From an uncultured Candidatus Saccharibacteria bacterium (GTDB taxonomy: Bacteria; Patescibacteriota; Minisyncoccia; Phycocordibacterales; GWA1-40-21), in contig CAZIID010000003.1 of assembly GCA_964539415.1 (NCBI GenBank), forward strand, positions 1-38,250: a stretch of DNA of 38,250 nt, in the 5' to 3' direction. The notes beneath the pieces were generated by a model. That model did not search any database and was not told the DNA's origin. It saw only the letters and a list, made by a program, of their open reading frames with translations. The position numbers and the translations under genes are program-made. Shown here piece by piece: positions 20,126 through 30,684 of the stretch. Every line of letters begins with the position of its first letter. Position 1 is the stretch's first letter.

Positions 20126-21985
20126 ATGTGTGGAATCTCTGGAATAATTAAATTTAATAATAAAGTTAGGCACAACGAAATTGAAACTTTTTCAAATTAT
20201 CTTTTTCATCGTGGCCCAAACAGTTCTGGTGTTTGGATAAATAAAAATGAAAATGTTGCACTTGGCCACAGAAGACTTTCGATTTTAGACTTATCAATTT
20301 CTGCATCTCAACCAATGTCTTTTGATGATTATCAAATAGTTTTTAACGGTGAAATTTATAATTTTATTGAAATCAAAAATGAATTAGAAAATTGTGGATT
20401 TAAATTTTCGACAAATTCTGATACAGAGGTGATACTTAAATCTTACAAAAAATGGGGAGACAAAATGCTCGATAAATTCAATGGAATGTGGGCTATTGCA
20501 ATTTACAATGAAAAAAAAGATGAACTTTTTTTATCCAGAGACAGGTTTGGCATTAAGCCACTTTATTATTACTTGAATGAAGATGTATTTATATTCTCTT
20601 CAGAAATACAGGCCATTCATAAATTTTTGGGTAATAATACCCCCCTAAATAGAGAAGTTCTAAAAAACATCGCAAATGGAGATTTTTCCCATCACGGAAC
20701 AGATCAAACGTACCTAGAAAATACGCATTCACTACTTGCCGGGCATAATCTAATCTATAGAAATAAACAAATCATTAAATATCAATGGTACTCAATAAAG
20801 AAGGTAAGCGTTCCAAAAGAATTTGACGAACAAGCAAAAATACTAAGAAATTTAATTTGTGATTCATGTAAATTACGATTAAGAAGTGATGTGCCAGTAG
20901 GTACATGTCTGTCCGGAGGATTAGATAGCAGTAGTATTGTGGGAGTAATTAATAATTATAAACCCGATTACAATTCAAGATTCAACAACTATAAACATCA
21001 TTCTTTCTGTGCGACCTTTAAAGGAACTCCTATAGACGAAAGTACAAAAGCAGAAAAGGTAGCAAAAAAATTTAACTTAGAATTAAACACCATTGATATA
21101 AAAGCACCAACAGAGAAAGAACTTGTAAATTTTTTACTCAAATGTGATGGACCAATGAATTCTCTTGCTTTTTACCCTATAACGAAACTATACGAAAAAA
21201 TTAAAAAAGAAAATATCACGGTTACATTAGATGGACAAGGTCCAGATGAAATGTTGGGAGGATATAGACCACTTTCAGAAGCACTGACAACGGCATTTCA
21301 AAAAAGAAAATTTAAGTGGTTTTGGGACATATACAAGACCTATTCTAATCAGGGAGAAAGTGCGCAATTTAGCGCCAAAAAAAATTCTAGAAAAACTCTA
21401 TTTTTATTTGCATTCCAAAATATGAAAAAAATACTAAAAGATATTCTTGTAAAATTTAAACTTTTAAAAACACATTTTAACGACTACGGCCATCCAATAT
21501 TTATAAAATCAAAGCTAGATATAAGTTTGTACAAACAATTTTTTTTCTCTCCCCTTCCAGGAATATTACAGCAGTATGATAGGTGTTCAATGTCTAATGG
21601 TGTAGAGTGCAGAATGCCATTTATGGACTACAGAATAGTTGAGTTTATATTTTCCTTACCAGAAGAATCAAAAATTGGAAACGGTTATACCAAAAGAGTT
21701 CTCAGGGAAGCAATGAAAGGTATTGTGCCTGATGATACGCGCCTCGATAAACACAAACTTGGTTTTAATGCTCCAATCGTTGATTGGTTTAAGGGAGAAT
21801 TAAAAAACTTCATGCTCAAACAAATGGATACTAAAGAATTTGAAAATTCAGAATTTTTTGACGCAAAAACTATTAAAAAACAATTTAACAAGTTTATTTT
21901 ATCCAAAGAACCACAATGGGATACAGCTTGGAAATTTTGGGGGCCTGTTCACTTAACGTGGTGGCTAAATGAACTAAAAAAATAA
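20126..21985 (+). CDS. asnB: Asparagine synthase (Gln-hydrolysing) family amidotransferase, glycan-cluster type
   Basis: MCGI, HRGP, FNGEIYN, RDRFGIKPLY, LSGGLDSS, GQGPDE, DR..E.RMPF. Confidence 0.92.
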   Translation: MCGISGIIKFNNKVRHNEIETFSNYLFHRGPNSSGVWINKNENVALGHRRLSILDLSISASQPMSFDDYQIVFNGEIYNFIEIKNELENCGFKFSTNSDTEVILKSYKKWGDKMLDKFNGMWAIAIYNEKKDELFLSRDRFGIKPLYYYLNEDVFIFSSEIQAIHKFLGNNTPLNREVLKNIANGDFSHHGTDQTYLENTHSLLAGHNLIYRNKQIIKYQWYSIKKVSVPKEFDEQAKILRNLICDSCKLRLRSDVPVGTCLSGGLDSSSIVGVINNYKPDYNSRFNNYKHHSFCATFKGTPIDESTKAEKVAKKFNLELNTIDIKAPTEKELVNFLLKCDGPMNSLAFYPITKLYEKIKKENITVTLDGQGPDEMLGGYRPLSEALTTAFQKRKFKWFWDIYKTYSNQGESAQFSAKKNSRKTLFLFAFQNMKKILKDILVKFKLLKTHFNDYGHPIFIKSKLDISLYKQFFFSPLPGILQQYDRCSMSNGVECRMPFMDYRIVEFIFSLPEESKIGNGYTKRVLREAMKGIVPDDTRLDKHKLGFNAPIVDWFKGELKNFMLKQMDTKEFENSEFFDAKTIKKQFNKFILSKEPQWDTAWKFWGPVHLTWWLNELKK

Positions 21986-21986
21986 C

Positions 21987-22895
21987 ATGAATTCACCAAT
22001 AGTCCTATTTGTCTATAACAGACCTTATCATACTAAGAAAACACTTGAGGCTCTTAAACACAATATTCTTGCAAAAGAAAGTGAACTTTTTATTTTTGCT
22101 GATGGTCCCAAAAAAAATAAAGAGGATTTAGAAATAAAGCAAGTAAGAGAAATTATTAATAATGTCAGCGGGTTTAAGAAAGTTTATGTAAAAGAGAGTC
22201 CAATCAATTTAGGTTTAGCTCAGTCTATAGTAGGTGGTGTCACTGAAATTTTAAATAGATACAAAAGTATTATTGTCTTGGAGGACGATATAATCACCTC
22301 ACCTTTTTTTCTAAATTACATGAATGAAGCATTAGAAATGTACAAAGAAGATATTGAAGTCATGCATGTTTCCGGATATTTTTTTAAAATTAAAGAAAAA
22401 CTCCCGCAAACTTTTTTTTATAATCAAACGACATGCTGGGGATGGGGCACATGGAGTAGAGCTTGGATTAATCTTAGTATGGATCCAAATTATCTATTAA
22501 GTGAAATAAAAAAAAATAGGCATGGCGAACACAGATTTAATATTGATGGATCAAATGATAGTTTTATTAAACAACTTCAGATGAATATTTCTGGCGAGCT
22601 TAGGACATGGGCAATAAAATGGCAAGCTAGTGTCTTTATTAAAAATGGGCTATGTCTCCATCCAAGATATTCTTATACGACCAATATTGGATTAGATGGT
22701 AGTGGGCAGAATTGTGGTAAGACAAAAAAATTTGATATACCTATCGTAAGTAATTATTCAGAAATAAAAAGAATACCACTTGTAGAATCAAAAGAAGCAC
22801 GGCAGGCAGTTATTAACTATAATAAAAGATACTTTTATATTAATAAGTGCAGATCGTTTATTAAAAAAATAATCAATTTAATAATTAAATTGTAA
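21987..22895 (+). CDS. Glycosyltransferase family 2-like
   Basis: YNRP, IFADG, NLGLA, LEDD, CWGWGTW. Confidence 0.88.
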   Translation: MNSPIVLFVYNRPYHTKKTLEALKHNILAKESELFIFADGPKKNKEDLEIKQVREIINNVSGFKKVYVKESPINLGLAQSIVGGVTEILNRYKSIIVLEDDIITSPFFLNYMNEALEMYKEDIEVMHVSGYFFKIKEKLPQTFFYNQTTCWGWGTWSRAWINLSMDPNYLLSEIKKNRHGEHRFNIDGSNDSFIKQLQMNISGELRTWAIKWQASVFIKNGLCLHPRYSYTTNIGLDGSGQNCGKTKKFDIPIVSNYSEIKRIPLVESKEARQAVINYNKRYFYINKCRSFIKKIINLIIKL

Positions 22896-23636
22896 ATGGA
22901 AAAAAAACTAACAACAATAGAATATTGGGACCAAATTAACAATAATAAAGGTTTTACGCCAGCTGACAAAGACAATCCAATTAGAATATTCATAGAGAAA
23001 CATGTTACACCAAAAAAAGACGGTAAGGTTTTTGAAGTAGGATGTTTTCCAGGTTCATATTTGTCTGTATTTTCTAATCTTGGTTATGAGCTTAATGGTA
23101 TAGATTATTCGTTATTAACTGAATCAAATTTAAATAATTGGTTAGTAGAAAAAAAATACAAAGTTGGACAAATAAAAAGTGGAAACTTCTTCGATGTGCA
23201 ACCGGGAGAACATTATTTTGATGTCGTTTGTTCTTTTGGTTTTATCGAGCATTTTAATGATTATTTATCTGTAATAGAGAAACACGGAAACTTTGTTAAA
23301 TCCGGTGGAAAACTTATTATAACCACTCCAAATTTTAAAGGTAAAATTCAAAAAAAATTTCATACTTTTTTTGACAATGAAAATTTAATCAAGCACAATT
23401 TAGATTCCATGGATCCTTTTCAATGGAGAGTTCACATGGAAAAAAAAGGTTTTGAGACTGAGTTTTGTGGATGGTTTGGAAATTTAGTTTTATGGGTAGA
23501 AAGACAAAAGCGTCCTATTAATAAAAAAATAATATTAAAAATACTTTTTTTTATCTTAAGAATAATTAAAAAAATACAGATACCCAATAATAAGTCATAT
23601 TCTCCTTACTGTGGATTAGTTTTAATAAAAAAATGA
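22896..23636 (+). CDS. Class I SAM-dependent methyltransferase
   Basis: FEVGCFPG, GIDYS, FDVVCSFGFIEH, GGKLIITTPN. Confidence 0.88.
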   Translation: MEKKLTTIEYWDQINNNKGFTPADKDNPIRIFIEKHVTPKKDGKVFEVGCFPGSYLSVFSNLGYELNGIDYSLLTESNLNNWLVEKKYKVGQIKSGNFFDVQPGEHYFDVVCSFGFIEHFNDYLSVIEKHGNFVKSGGKLIITTPNFKGKIQKKFHTFFDNENLIKHNLDSMDPFQWRVHMEKKGFETEFCGWFGNLVLWVERQKRPINKKIILKILFFILRIIKKIQIPNNKSYSPYCGLVLIKK

Positions 23637-24721
23637 AAATACTTCAAGTTAACACTTTTGATAGTGGTGGAGGGGCAGCGAAATTTTGTGTTAGACTCAA
23701 AAAATATTTGGATAACTTTTCGACCAACTGGCTATTAGTAAAAAAAAGTAAAGATGAAAATAATATTCAAATAGGCCCTACACTTACCCAAAAAATTTTA
23801 AACAAACTTTTTAGTTTAGAGGGCGCCGGCCGAAATACTTTTTCATTATTTAAAAAACTACCTTTCTGGAATCAGATAGACCTGATACATTTTCACAATT
23901 TACACGGCGGATTCTTCAATATATGTTCCTTATCAAAACTATCAAAAGAAAAAAAGTGTATATGGACACTCCATGACCCTTGGATTATAAACAATAAGAA
24001 AGAACTAGTACCCGAATATAAAAATATTTTTAAGACAGAGAATTTAATTTTTAATTACTTTAAGACGAAAGCTATAAATGATTCAAATATTATACTTGTC
24101 ACACCTTCAGTATGGCTTAAAGAAAAAGTCCAAATAGAATATCCAAACAAGAAAATTGTAGTGATTAACAATGGTGTAGACATTGAAGTTTTTTCTCCAT
24201 TAGACAAAGAAGAAGCAAGAAATAAACTAGAATTACCCACCGATAAGAAGATAATACTATTCACAGCAAACGGTGGAATAAAAAATACAGAAAAAGGATC
24301 ATCCTATCTAGAGGAGATTGAAAAACAGTATCGTGATGTTTTGGTTATCAAACTTGGAGGCAATGACAAATACATAGAAAACGAAAAAACTTTGGCTTTG
24401 TATTATTCATCTGCTGATCTCCTGCTATTCCCATCTCTCGCAGAGAACTTCCCATTAAGTATACTCGAAGCAATGTCCTGCGGTACACCTGTTGTGGCCT
24501 TTAACACTGGTGGTATTGCAGAAATAATTAATCACAAAATAAATGGATATGTATCGGAGTATAAAAATATTCAAGATTTAATAAATGGAATAAATTTTAT
24601 TTTAGAACAAAAAGATGATAGTCTAAGATATAATGCTAGGAAAAAAATCATGGAGAAATTTGATTCTAATGTAATTTTTAAACAGTATTTAGACTTATAC
24701 AAAGAAACAACAACAAAATGA
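23633..24721 (+). CDS. Glycosyltransferase family 4 (WcaC-like)
   Basis: GGAA, HNLHG, WTLHD, ENFPLSILEAMSCGTPVV. Confidence 0.9.
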   Translation: MKILQVNTFDSGGGAAKFCVRLKKYLDNFSTNWLLVKKSKDENNIQIGPTLTQKILNKLFSLEGAGRNTFSLFKKLPFWNQIDLIHFHNLHGGFFNICSLSKLSKEKKCIWTLHDPWIINNKKELVPEYKNIFKTENLIFNYFKTKAINDSNIILVTPSVWLKEKVQIEYPNKKIVVINNGVDIEVFSPLDKEEARNKLELPTDKKIILFTANGGIKNTEKGSSYLEEIEKQYRDVLVIKLGGNDKYIENEKTLALYYSSADLLLFPSLAENFPLSILEAMSCGTPVVAFNTGGIAEIINHKINGYVSEYKNIQDLINGINFILEQKDDSLRYNARKKIMEKFDSNVIFKQYLDLYKETTTK

Positions 24722-25470
24722 AAATATCAATTATAATGCCTACATATAACTGCGGACAATATATCAAAAAAGCTATTGATAGCGTTTTAAAACAACCTTA
24801 TAACGACAAAGAACTCATTGTTATTGATGGTGGATCAAAAGACGACACGGTCGAAATATTAAAATCATACGGAGATAAGATAGAGTGGGTTTCAGAAAAA
24901 GATAATGGTCAAGCAGATGCAATAAATAAGGGATTTAAAAAAGCCAAAGGAGAAATCGTGACTTGGCTAAACGCAGATGACTATTACGAGCCCGACATCT
25001 TTGAATATGTGGTAAAAGAATTCGAGAAAGATCCACAAGTCGTCCTAGTATACGGAAACTGTAAATCTGTATCTAAATTGAATACTAGTGTAAATATACC
25101 TCCTAAAAATATAACAAGTCGAGATATGATCCAAAAGGGTAACTTTATTTTTCAACCCGCCTCTTTTTATCGCATGGAGACAATTAAAAAAATAAACTAT
25201 CTAAATGACAAATTAAACTTTTGGATGGAATACGAGATGTTTATACAGCTACTAAAAAATGGAAAAGGGTTTTACGTTGATAAATTTTTGGCTAATTTTA
25301 CGTTGAGAGAAGATCAAAAATCAAATTTTAAAAATATAATAGAGATGGATAAAGAATTATATAGCATTAGCCGTAAACATGGTGGAAACCATTTTTCAAA
25401 AATATTTTTTAAAAAAGTATTTAATCAAGCGGTTAATCTTTTTAGACAAAGAAATGAAAAAACTCTTTAA
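24718..25470 (+). CDS. Glycosyltransferase family 2 (WcaE-like)
   Basis: ISIIMPTYN, IDGGSKD, DNGQADAINKG, WLNADD. Confidence 0.9.
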   Translation: MKISIIMPTYNCGQYIKKAIDSVLKQPYNDKELIVIDGGSKDDTVEILKSYGDKIEWVSEKDNGQADAINKGFKKAKGEIVTWLNADDYYEPDIFEYVVKEFEKDPQVVLVYGNCKSVSKLNTSVNIPPKNITSRDMIQKGNFIFQPASFYRMETIKKINYLNDKLNFWMEYEMFIQLLKNGKGFYVDKFLANFTLREDQKSNFKNIIEMDKELYSISRKHGGNHFSKIFFKKVFNQAVNLFRQRNEKTL

Positions 25471-26170
25471 AAAAACCATAAAAATAATACTGTCCCCCTT
25501 TGTAATAAAAGATTATTTATCTTACATAAACAGAGACGATAAAAAGAGATTCTCTATTAAGTTGAGTGACTTTTACCCTTGTGTTAAAGACAAAACTATT
25601 AAAACAAATTTTGATGCACATTACATATATCACACAGCATGGGCAACTAGAAAAGTAAAAGAAATTAACCCTACTATTCACATAGACATTTCTTCTAGTT
25701 TATATTTTTCTAGTATAGTTTCTGCCTTTGTTCCCATTGATTTTTTTGATTATAGACCAGCAGAATTAAATCTTTCTAACCTTAAAAGTAATCACGCAGA
25801 TTTAACAAAACTCCCCTTTCCGAATGATAGTATAAAATCTTTGTCATGTATGCACACAATTGAACATGTTGGACTTGGCAGATATGGAGATACAATTGAT
25901 TCTGATGGTGATCTTAAAGCAATATCAGAACTAAAGAGAGTTTTAGCAAAAGGCGGTTCTTTATTATTTGTGGTGCCCGTCGGGGAACCAAAAATAGAGT
26001 TCAATGCTCATAGAATTTATTCTCACGAACAAATAATGGAATATTTTGGTGATTTAAAATTGAAAGAATTCACTCTCATTACCGACGACGGAAAATTCAT
26101 AGAAAACGCCTCCAAGAATCTAGTTAATAACCAAAAATACGGATGTGGTTGTTTTTGGTTTAAAAAATAA
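25454..26170 (+). CDS. DUF268-like SAM-methyltransferase-fold protein (start re-assigned to ATG 25454)
   Basis: SCMHTIEHVGLGRYGD..D, FNAHRIY. Confidence 0.8.
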   Translation: MKKLFKKTIKIILSPFVIKDYLSYINRDDKKRFSIKLSDFYPCVKDKTIKTNFDAHYIYHTAWATRKVKEINPTIHIDISSSLYFSSIVSAFVPIDFFDYRPAELNLSNLKSNHADLTKLPFPNDSIKSLSCMHTIEHVGLGRYGDTIDSDGDLKAISELKRVLAKGGSLLFVVPVGEPKIEFNAHRIYSHEQIMEYFGDLKLKEFTLITDDGKFIENASKNLVNNQKYGCGCFWFKK

Positions 26171-26174
26171 AAAT

Positions 26175-27023
26175 ATGATAACAGTAAAATTACAGGGAGG
26201 TCTGGGAAATCAAATGTTCCAATATGCTTTTGGAAGAAGTTTATCTATTAAAAAAGGAGAAAATCTGACATTAGATATAAGCAGTTTTAACAACACAGCG
26301 ATTATAGATACCAAAAGAAAATATCTTTTGGATAATTTTAATATTAAACCTCTAATATCTGAAACAGATACTTTTCAATCAATAGACAGATTTTTTTGGA
26401 AAGTTATAAATAATACGGGGTTGCTTTTAAAAAAGGATTTCCACATTCACTACCATTCTTTTTTTAACAAAGTACCTTTAAAAAAATTTGATAGCTATTT
26501 CCAAAGCTATAAATATTTTGAACAGTATCAAGAAGAAATTAGAAAAGATTTCAGTTTAAAAATAGAACTTCCAAAAAAGGCTTTAGAAATATTAAACACA
26601 ATTAAAAATAAAAATTCTGTTTCCCTCCACGTTAGACGTGGCGATTATGTTTCAAATAAAAAGAATGCAAACACTTATGGAAGCTGTTCTTTAGACTATT
26701 ATAGAAATGCTATATCCACAATATGTGGTAAAATTTCTAATCCTGTTTTTTTTGTTTTTTCTGATGATATAGAATGGGTAAAAAATGAATTAATAATAAC
26801 CGCTGAAACAGTATATGTTAGTCAATACTCTTTTGGTGAAGTTGCGGAACTTTTTTTAATGAGTCAATGTAAAAATAACATCATTGCAAATAGCTCTTTT
26901 AGTTGGTGGGGTGCTTGGTTGAACAATGATAAAGATAAAATAGTAATATGTCCAAGAAAATGGACTCTCATTTCAAACTTTGATACGATTGATTTGATCC
27001 CAGATAATTGGATTAAACTTTGA
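26175..27023 (+). CDS. GT11 alpha-1,2-fucosyltransferase-like (start re-assigned to ATG 26175)
   Basis: GGLGNQMFQYA, HVRRGDY, FSDD, IIANSSFSWWGAWL. Confidence 0.9.
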   Translation: MITVKLQGGLGNQMFQYAFGRSLSIKKGENLTLDISSFNNTAIIDTKRKYLLDNFNIKPLISETDTFQSIDRFFWKVINNTGLLLKKDFHIHYHSFFNKVPLKKFDSYFQSYKYFEQYQEEIRKDFSLKIELPKKALEILNTIKNKNSVSLHVRRGDYVSNKKNANTYGSCSLDYYRNAISTICGKISNPVFFVFSDDIEWVKNELIITAETVYVSQYSFGEVAELFLMSQCKNNIIANSSFSWWGAWLNNDKDKIVICPRKWTLISNFDTIDLIPDNWIKL

Positions 27024-27024
27024 G

Positions 27025-28167
27025 ATGAAAAAAATAGACATATTAATTCCAAATTTTGACGACTTTGGCGCCCAAAGAGTTGCTATTAATGTGGCTAATT
27101 CTCTATGTAATGATTATGAAGTAAATTTCGTAGTTTTTAATGACAATGGGCCATTCAAAACATATCTAAATAAAAAAATAAAAATAATAAAATTAGATTA
27201 TGGATTTTTTAACATACCCAAAATACGGATTTTCCCCAGATTTTTTCATTACCTAAATTTCATAAAAAACAACAAAACAGATATTTCAATAGCTTTCTCG
27301 CCAGTAGCAAATCTCATCGTACTTTTTACAAAAATACTAAAACCAAAATTAAAAACTATAATACAAGAACATGGCTACCCAAGTCTTGCAATTAAAGACA
27401 GACAAAATATGGGGCCAATACTAGAATGGTTTTTTCGCCATATAGTTTTTAAACTATATAATATTAGCAATATTTTTCTGTGTATAACAGAAGCAATAAA
27501 AGAAGATTTCACAAAAAACTTCGGAATTAAGAAAGAAATCATAAGAGTGGTAAGGAATCCAGTTGATATAGAAAAAATTAACAAATTAATAAATGAACCT
27601 ATTCCCGATTTCAAGTTTAATCCTCAAAAAAAATATATTATTGGCATAGGTAGGCTCGTTGACCAAAAAAACTTTTTCAAACTCGTAAGTATTTTTCAGA
27701 AAGTTAAAAAAATAATCACAAACACAGAATTAATAATTTTAGGTGATGGACCAGATAAGGAAAATTTAGCCAAAAATGCAATGAAATTAGAATTAGGAGA
27801 ATCAGTCCATCTTTTAGGTTTTAATAAAAATCCCTACGCTTTTTTAAAAAAATCTAATTGTTATTGTTTGACTTCAAACTGGGAGGGTCTACCTCAAGTC
27901 ATTGCCGAAGCAATGATATGTAAAACACCAGTCATAGCAAACGATTGCAAATCAGGCCCTAGCGAAATGATTAATAATGGTAAAACTGGTTTTTTAATTC
28001 CAATGAGCAACGAGAATCTCTTCGTGGAATGTATTATCAATATTTTGGAAAATAAAGATTTGTGCAAAAAAATTACAGAAGAGGCATATTTATTTGCCCA
28101 AAAAGAGTATTCCATTGAACAATGTGTTATAAATTATAAGAGCATCTTAAATTCATTAACTATATAA
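27025..28167 (+). CDS. Glycosyltransferase family 4
   Basis: GAQRV, GRLVDQK, EGLPQVIAEAM. Confidence 0.9.
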   Translation: MKKIDILIPNFDDFGAQRVAINVANSLCNDYEVNFVVFNDNGPFKTYLNKKIKIIKLDYGFFNIPKIRIFPRFFHYLNFIKNNKTDISIAFSPVANLIVLFTKILKPKLKTIIQEHGYPSLAIKDRQNMGPILEWFFRHIVFKLYNISNIFLCITEAIKEDFTKNFGIKKEIIRVVRNPVDIEKINKLINEPIPDFKFNPQKKYIIGIGRLVDQKNFFKLVSIFQKVKKIITNTELIILGDGPDKENLAKNAMKLELGESVHLLGFNKNPYAFLKKSNCYCLTSNWEGLPQVIAEAMICKTPVIANDCKSGPSEMINNGKTGFLIPMSNENLFVECIINILENKDLCKKITEEAYLFAQKEYSIEQCVINYKSILNSLTI

Positions 28168-28170
28168 AAC

Positions 28171-29994
28171 ATGTGTGGAATAATAGGAATAATTGCAAAT
28201 AAAACAAAAAATTATAAACCCGAACTTGATCGAGGGATTTTTGCTTTACGCCATCGCGGACCAGATGGAAATGGAAGTTTCTATTTTGAAAACTGTGCTT
28301 TTGGCCACACAAGACTTAGTATTATAGACCTAAGCACTGGTAACCAACCAATGTTATCCGCCGATAATAATCTCGCAATTACTTTTAATGGTGAGATCTA
28401 TGGATATAAAGATATAAAAGGAGATTTGAAGGACTATAGTTTTAAAACTACTTCTGATACTGAAGTTATTCTTGCCTTGTATGAGAAGTATGGTTCAAAA
28501 ATGCTAGAAAAACTTCCTGGTATGTTTGCTTTTGGAATTTGGGATAATAAGTCAGAAACACTTTTTTGTGCAAGAGATCGTTTCGGTGAAAAACCTTTTT
28601 ATTATGCAAAAGGAGAAAATGGCGAATTTGTTTTTGCGTCAGAGATTAAAGCTATACTTGCAACTGGTTTAGTTAAACCAATTTTAGATAAAACTTCCCT
28701 ATTACATTACTTTAAACATCTTTATATAAATCCAAACAATACTATCTATAAAAACATCTTTACCCTACCACCAGCACACTTTCTTACTTATAAAAATGGA
28801 GAAATAAAAATAGAAAAATACTGGACCATACCAAAATTGAATGAAAAAATTTCTCTAACAGAAGCAACTGAAAAATTCAAACAACTTTTAGATAAGGCTG
28901 TATCAAAACAGTTAATTGCAGATGTTCCTGTTAGCGCATTTTTAAGTGGAGGATTAGATTCTTCTACAATAGTATCTGTCGCGAGCAAAATTAAACCAAA
29001 TATTCAAACCATATCTTTTGGTTTTGGTGATTCCATAGATGAACTACCATTTGCAAAAGCTGTATCCAAGAAATACGACACCAAACATATAGAAATAAAA
29101 TCAGAAGAATATAATATAGCCGGACTCTTTCTTGAAATGCAAGAAATATATGACGAACCTTTTGCAGATTCTTCAAATATACCGACGTACTTAATATCAA
29201 AATCTGCAAAACAATATGGAAAGGTAGTACTTACTGGAGATGGAGGTGATGAACTTTTTGGTGGATATACAGGTTGGTATAAACCAATATACTTTGCGCT
29301 TCAAAAATGTCCTCTCAAATTTTCCGTAATAGCAAAAGACTTGTTTAATATAATTTTCAAAAATTCTAGAGACGCTAAACTTGATTTATATTATCGTCTG
29401 CAAGGTTTTTTGAGTAAATTTAGAAATAAAAATCCATTACAATCTCATATTGAAAAAAATACTTATTTTTCTGACACAGAATTAAATAAAATATTTATTG
29501 ATAAAATTCCTAATAATTCAAATATCAAAAAACCTTCAGACCTAGAAGATGTTATGAATTATGATCTGCTAAATTATATGCCAGGTGATATTCTGACAAA
29601 GATAGACCGTGCTTCAATGGCCGTCGGACTTGAACTGCGTTCCCCTTTTCTTGATATAGACTTTGCCTCTTTCTGTCTTTCTCTGCCCTATAATCTAAAA
29701 ATAAATGATAAAGAAGATAAAATCATTCTAAGAGAGGCTTATAAAGAAGACTGGCCAAAAGAAATAATAAATAGGGGCAAACAAGGTTTTGGTGCTCCGG
29801 TTACCGAATGGTTAAAAACACCATCTTTTATAAAATTAAAGGAAGAATTTTTAAATGATAAAAATAAAAAAATATTTGAGATATTAAACTTCAACGAATG
29901 CCAAAATGCTGTAAAGAAAGACAATTATCAAACATGGATACTACTTACCTTATCTGTATGGCTAGAAAAGCACAATCTAATATTAAAAGATTAA
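28171..29994 (+). CDS. asnB: Second asparagine synthase family amidotransferase
   Basis: MCGI, HRGPD, RDRFGEKP, LSGGLDSS, EPFADSS, GDGGDELFGGY, DRASM..E.RSPFLD. Confidence 0.92.
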   Translation: MCGIIGIIANKTKNYKPELDRGIFALRHRGPDGNGSFYFENCAFGHTRLSIIDLSTGNQPMLSADNNLAITFNGEIYGYKDIKGDLKDYSFKTTSDTEVILALYEKYGSKMLEKLPGMFAFGIWDNKSETLFCARDRFGEKPFYYAKGENGEFVFASEIKAILATGLVKPILDKTSLLHYFKHLYINPNNTIYKNIFTLPPAHFLTYKNGEIKIEKYWTIPKLNEKISLTEATEKFKQLLDKAVSKQLIADVPVSAFLSGGLDSSTIVSVASKIKPNIQTISFGFGDSIDELPFAKAVSKKYDTKHIEIKSEEYNIAGLFLEMQEIYDEPFADSSNIPTYLISKSAKQYGKVVLTGDGGDELFGGYTGWYKPIYFALQKCPLKFSVIAKDLFNIIFKNSRDAKLDLYYRLQGFLSKFRNKNPLQSHIEKNTYFSDTELNKIFIDKIPNNSNIKKPSDLEDVMNYDLLNYMPGDILTKIDRASMAVGLELRSPFLDIDFASFCLSLPYNLKINDKEDKIILREAYKEDWPKEIINRGKQGFGAPVTEWLKTPSFIKLKEEFLNDKNKKIFEILNFNECQNAVKKDNYQTWILLTLSVWLEKHNLILKD

Positions 29995-30684
29995 ATTAAG
30001 TAGAGCTCTCCATCTAATTTTCAAACCCAAAAGTCTAACTTTAAAGTTTTTTGATTTTGTAATTCCCTCTTTCAGCAATCTGTATTTAATGAGTTTCTCA
30101 GATATATTTTCTGTATTAAATTTTGTCGCTATTCTCGTCCACAGTTCATAATCTTGAGCATATCTAAAAGAAGTGTCATAAAGACCAACCTTCTCAAATA
30201 CGGATTTTCTTATCATCACGCTTGGATGAATAAAAGGATTATGAAATAATATTCCTTTTTTTATCTCACTACCTGTAACAGGTGTATTGTAGTCTCTTAA
30301 ATATTTACCATTCTCATCTATAAATTCTGCCCAAGTGCCACACATTGCGCATTCTGGATTCGCGTCTAAAAAATTAATCTGTTTTAGAAAACGCTCAGGT
30401 AAAGAAATATCATCTGCATCCATTCTTGCAATGTATTCACCATTACTATACCCTATTGCCTCATTTAAAGATTTTGTGAGACCTTTGTTTTGATTATTAA
30501 ATAATCTAATCCTACTATCTTTGTAACTCTCTAATATTTCTCTTGATTTATCAGTAGACCCGTCGTTAATAATAATAAATTCAAAATCAGAAAAAGTCTG
30601 CGATAAAACACTATCAACCGCTTCTTTGACATATCTCTCGCAATTATAGACAGACATTATTACGCTGATTTTCGGACTATTCAT
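29983..30684 (-). CDS. Glycosyltransferase family 2
   Basis: ISVIMSVYN, NDGSTD, ARMDADD, HPSV, QDYELW. Confidence 0.9.
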   Translation of the reverse strand: MNSPKISVIMSVYNCERYVKEAVDSVLSQTFSDFEFIIINDGSTDKSREILESYKDSRIRLFNNQNKGLTKSLNEAIGYSNGEYIARMDADDISLPERFLKQINFLDANPECAMCGTWAEFIDENGKYLRDYNTPVTGSEIKKGILFHNPFIHPSVMIRKSVFEKVGLYDTSFRYAQDYELWTRIATKFNTENISEKLIKYRLLKEGITKSKNFKVRLLGLKIRWRALLNLIF

